This document shows, one piece after another, positions 63,460 to 64,000 of a stretch of DNA of 64,000 nucleotides. Positions within the stretch are counted from its first letter, which is position 1. Every line of letters starts with the position of its first letter. This DNA is from Chloroflexota bacterium (GTDB lineage: Bacteria > Chloroflexota > UBA11872 > UBA12225 > JAJDUF01), in the NCBI GenBank assembly GCA_965238265.1, contig OZ250185.1:4081031-4145030 (forward strand), in the 5' to 3' direction. Below the pieces are notes generated by a model. That model did no database searches and had not been told where the DNA came from. It worked only from the letters and a program-made list of their open reading frames with translations. The position numbers were made by a program, and so were the translations under genes.

Positions 63460-63692
63460 GTCCGGTCGGCGTCACGTGCCCGCAGAATAGTGGACGGTGG
63501 GACACGGGTTCCCGCCGCTGCCTTGCGTCGGCGAACTCCTTGCAGCCACGCGCCGATGGAGGGCCGCGACGCGATCCGTTCCAGCTCGCAGCGGAGGAAC
63601 TCCTGCATTGACTGGCGTTGGAGCGCGGCACGCACGGCAAGCTCGTCGCGGACTTCTTCAGGAACAGACCTTATCGTAATCTGTACAGGCAT
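63456..63692 (-). CDS. vapB: RHH/FitA-like antitoxin (VapB)
   Basis: MPVQITIRSVPEEVRDELAVRAALQRQSMQEFLRCEL is a ribbon-helix-helix N-terminus typical of FitA/VapB. ATGA coupling to vapC. Confidence 0.85.
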   Translation of the reverse strand: MPVQITIRSVPEEVRDELAVRAALQRQSMQEFLRCELERIASRPSIGAWLQGVRRRKAAAGTRVPPSTILRARDADRT

Positions 63693-63799
63693 GAAAGCAT
63701 TATGACATTGGTGACAGCGTTAAGCAAGCGCTAGACGCCTACCGCTTGGGCGGCCGCTTGCTCCAGCAGGAGACGGCGCGTTCCCGGTGCTTTCTGCGT

Positions 63800-64000
63800 T
63801 CAGCCATGTTTGGTGTGCCGTACCACTGCGATGATGTGGGTGCCACCGTCCAGCGCCCCCGGCTCTTGGCACACGGCGACTTCCCATTGCAGAAACGCTG
63901 ACCACAGATCGGTGTCGGCCACGATCTTCTGCAACGACTCCTCATTACGGATCGCCAGAAAGTTCGCGGCCGTCGCCGCTTCGATGGTGCAGGGGTGGTG
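63800..64000 (-). CDS. C-terminal fragment of an unidentified protein; gene starts beyond the window end
   Basis: An open minus-strand frame from the window edge reads ...HHPCTIEAATAANFLAIRNEESLQKIVADTDLWSAFLQWEVAVCQEPGALDGGTHIIAVVRHTKHG, with its stop at 63802..63800. No motif recognised. Confidence 0.3.
   Translation of the reverse strand, partial: HHPCTIEAATAANFLAIRNEESLQKIVADTDLWSAFLQWEVAVCQEPGALDGGTHIIAVVRHTKHG

Overview
High-GC (sampled lines about 63% G+C) bacterial chromosomal segment, gene-dense, with no rRNA, tRNA, CRISPR array, transposase or integrase that I could recognise. The gene content and the dense GC-rich intergenic palindromes suggest a Chloroflexota-like genome; that is inference only. 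The backbone is housekeeping and metabolism. It carries a Liv-type branched-chain amino-acid ABC transporter, dnaE, an NfeD/SPFH pair, a CCA-adding enzyme, typA, PspA, glycosyltransferases, CcmH and PCD. A roughly 12-kb cluster looks like sugar or sugar-acid catabolism, with enolase-superfamily enzymes, two paralogous beta-propeller glycosidase-like proteins, Gfo/Idh/MocA, a 2-hydroxyacid dehydrogenase, a PhyH dioxygenase, an SDR and an orphan solute-binding lipoprotein. There is also an acyl-CoA block with a TPP enzyme, a crotonase, a PaaK-like ligase and a MaoC hotdog pair. Scattered through this backbone are single AT-richer genes with nuclease or RNase-type signatures. The most notable, near the window centre, is a 411-aa protein (30973..32208) built from two tandem HEPN-like repeats, each with an RNQLIHG (Rx4H) motif. 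Imperfect direct repeats that duplicate the 5' end of the downstream GNAT gene flank it, and it has no CRISPR or MNT partner. The other islets are a very AT-rich orphan with a D-x11-EVK (PD-(D/E)xK-like) motif between dnaE and nfeD, a DUF4268-type PD-(D/E)xK protein, a DUF429-like protein overlapping the cca start, and a small wHTH plus membrane-protein pair. A vapBC pair lies near the 3' end. Intergenic regions are saturated with several modular families of GC-rich palindromic repeats that also run into ORF ends. Three genes show single-base frame disruptions: a DEAD-box helicase that also has an internal deletion, a PilZ gene and the Liv substrate-binding protein signal peptide. These are either pseudogenes or assembly indels. 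All functional calls come from motif recognition by eye; no searches were run.
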